Positions 4,812 through 4,971 of a DNA stretch of 4,971 bases are shown here, in pieces. A program made the position numbers and the translations under genes. A model generated the notes under the pieces. That model was not told the DNA's origin and did no database searches. It worked only from the letters and a program-made list of their open reading frames with translations. Position 1 is the first letter of the stretch; every line of letters begins with the position of its first letter. Origin of the DNA: a virus (lineage: Duplodnaviria; Heunggongvirae; Uroviricota; Caudoviricetes); IMG/VR virus record IMGVR_UViG_2600254997_000016, positions 1-4,971 of that record. The stretch is one strand, 5' to 3'.

Positions 4812-4971
4812 GCAGAGTAACCGCGATTATCTACGTTCTGGTCATCTGCCTCATCGTCTGCCTTTCATGGGCTGTTAATCATTACCGTGATAACGCCATC
4901 GCCTACAAAGAGCAGCGCGATAAAGCCACATCCATCATCGCTGATATGCAGAAGCGGCAACGTGATGTAGC
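4808..4971 (+). CDS. Rz: Rz i-spanin (inner-membrane spanin subunit), 5' partial, runs off the window
   Basis: ATG 4808 overlaps the R stop (ATGA). Translation [54 protein letters not shown] is near-identical to the lambda Rz N-terminus as I recall it, with an N-terminal TM anchor. No stop within the window. The embedded Rz1 start is expected beyond the window end. Confidence 0.85.
   Translation, partial: MSRVTAIIYVLVICLIVCLSWAVNHYRDNAIAYKEQRDKATSIIADMQKRQRDV

Noticed and set aside
4808-4971. Rz1 o-spanin embedded in Rz
   Set aside because: By analogy with lambda, Rz1 starts roughly 150 nt or more into Rz in the +1 frame. The only ATG near the window end (4946-4948) is in the Rz frame itself, so Rz1 probably lies beyond the window and is not called.
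1-4971. CRISPR arrays, IS elements or att sites
   Set aside because: No spaced direct repeats, no terminal inverted repeats flanking a transposase-like ORF, and no recognisable att core were found by eye. The only repeats are short hairpin stems and the inverted repeat at 3861-3900.

Overview
This 4,971-bp window reads as the late/lysis segment of a lambdoid (Stx-phage-like) prophage from an enterobacterium, with every real gene on the + strand. In order: an orphan beta-class DNA methyltransferase (125-1174); three tightly packed phage tRNA genes (tRNA-Ile CAU, tRNA-Arg UCG, tRNA-Arg UCU; 1224-1475) followed by an intrinsic terminator; a ~490-bp hairpin-rich non-coding interval with no toxin gene; a nanS-p-like sialate O-acetylesterase gene split by a frameshift into two ORFs (1964-2743 and 2640-3797); a strong intrinsic terminator (4027-4063); and the lysis cassette of S21-type pinholin (4108-4314), SAR endolysin R (4314-4811) and the 5' part of Rz (4808 to window end). 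I do not find an undescribed multi-gene system: every long ORF belongs to a recognisable family and the remaining track ORFs are antisense or overlap artefacts. The points worth a second look are the nanS-p frameshift inside an A5 run, the orphan methyltransferase of unknown specificity, the empty structured interval where Stx phages carry stxAB, a tRNA-Arg with a non-canonical T-loop, and a terminator plus promoter-like hexamers just upstream of S. All calls are from reading the sequence and recalling known families; no database search or folding program was run.
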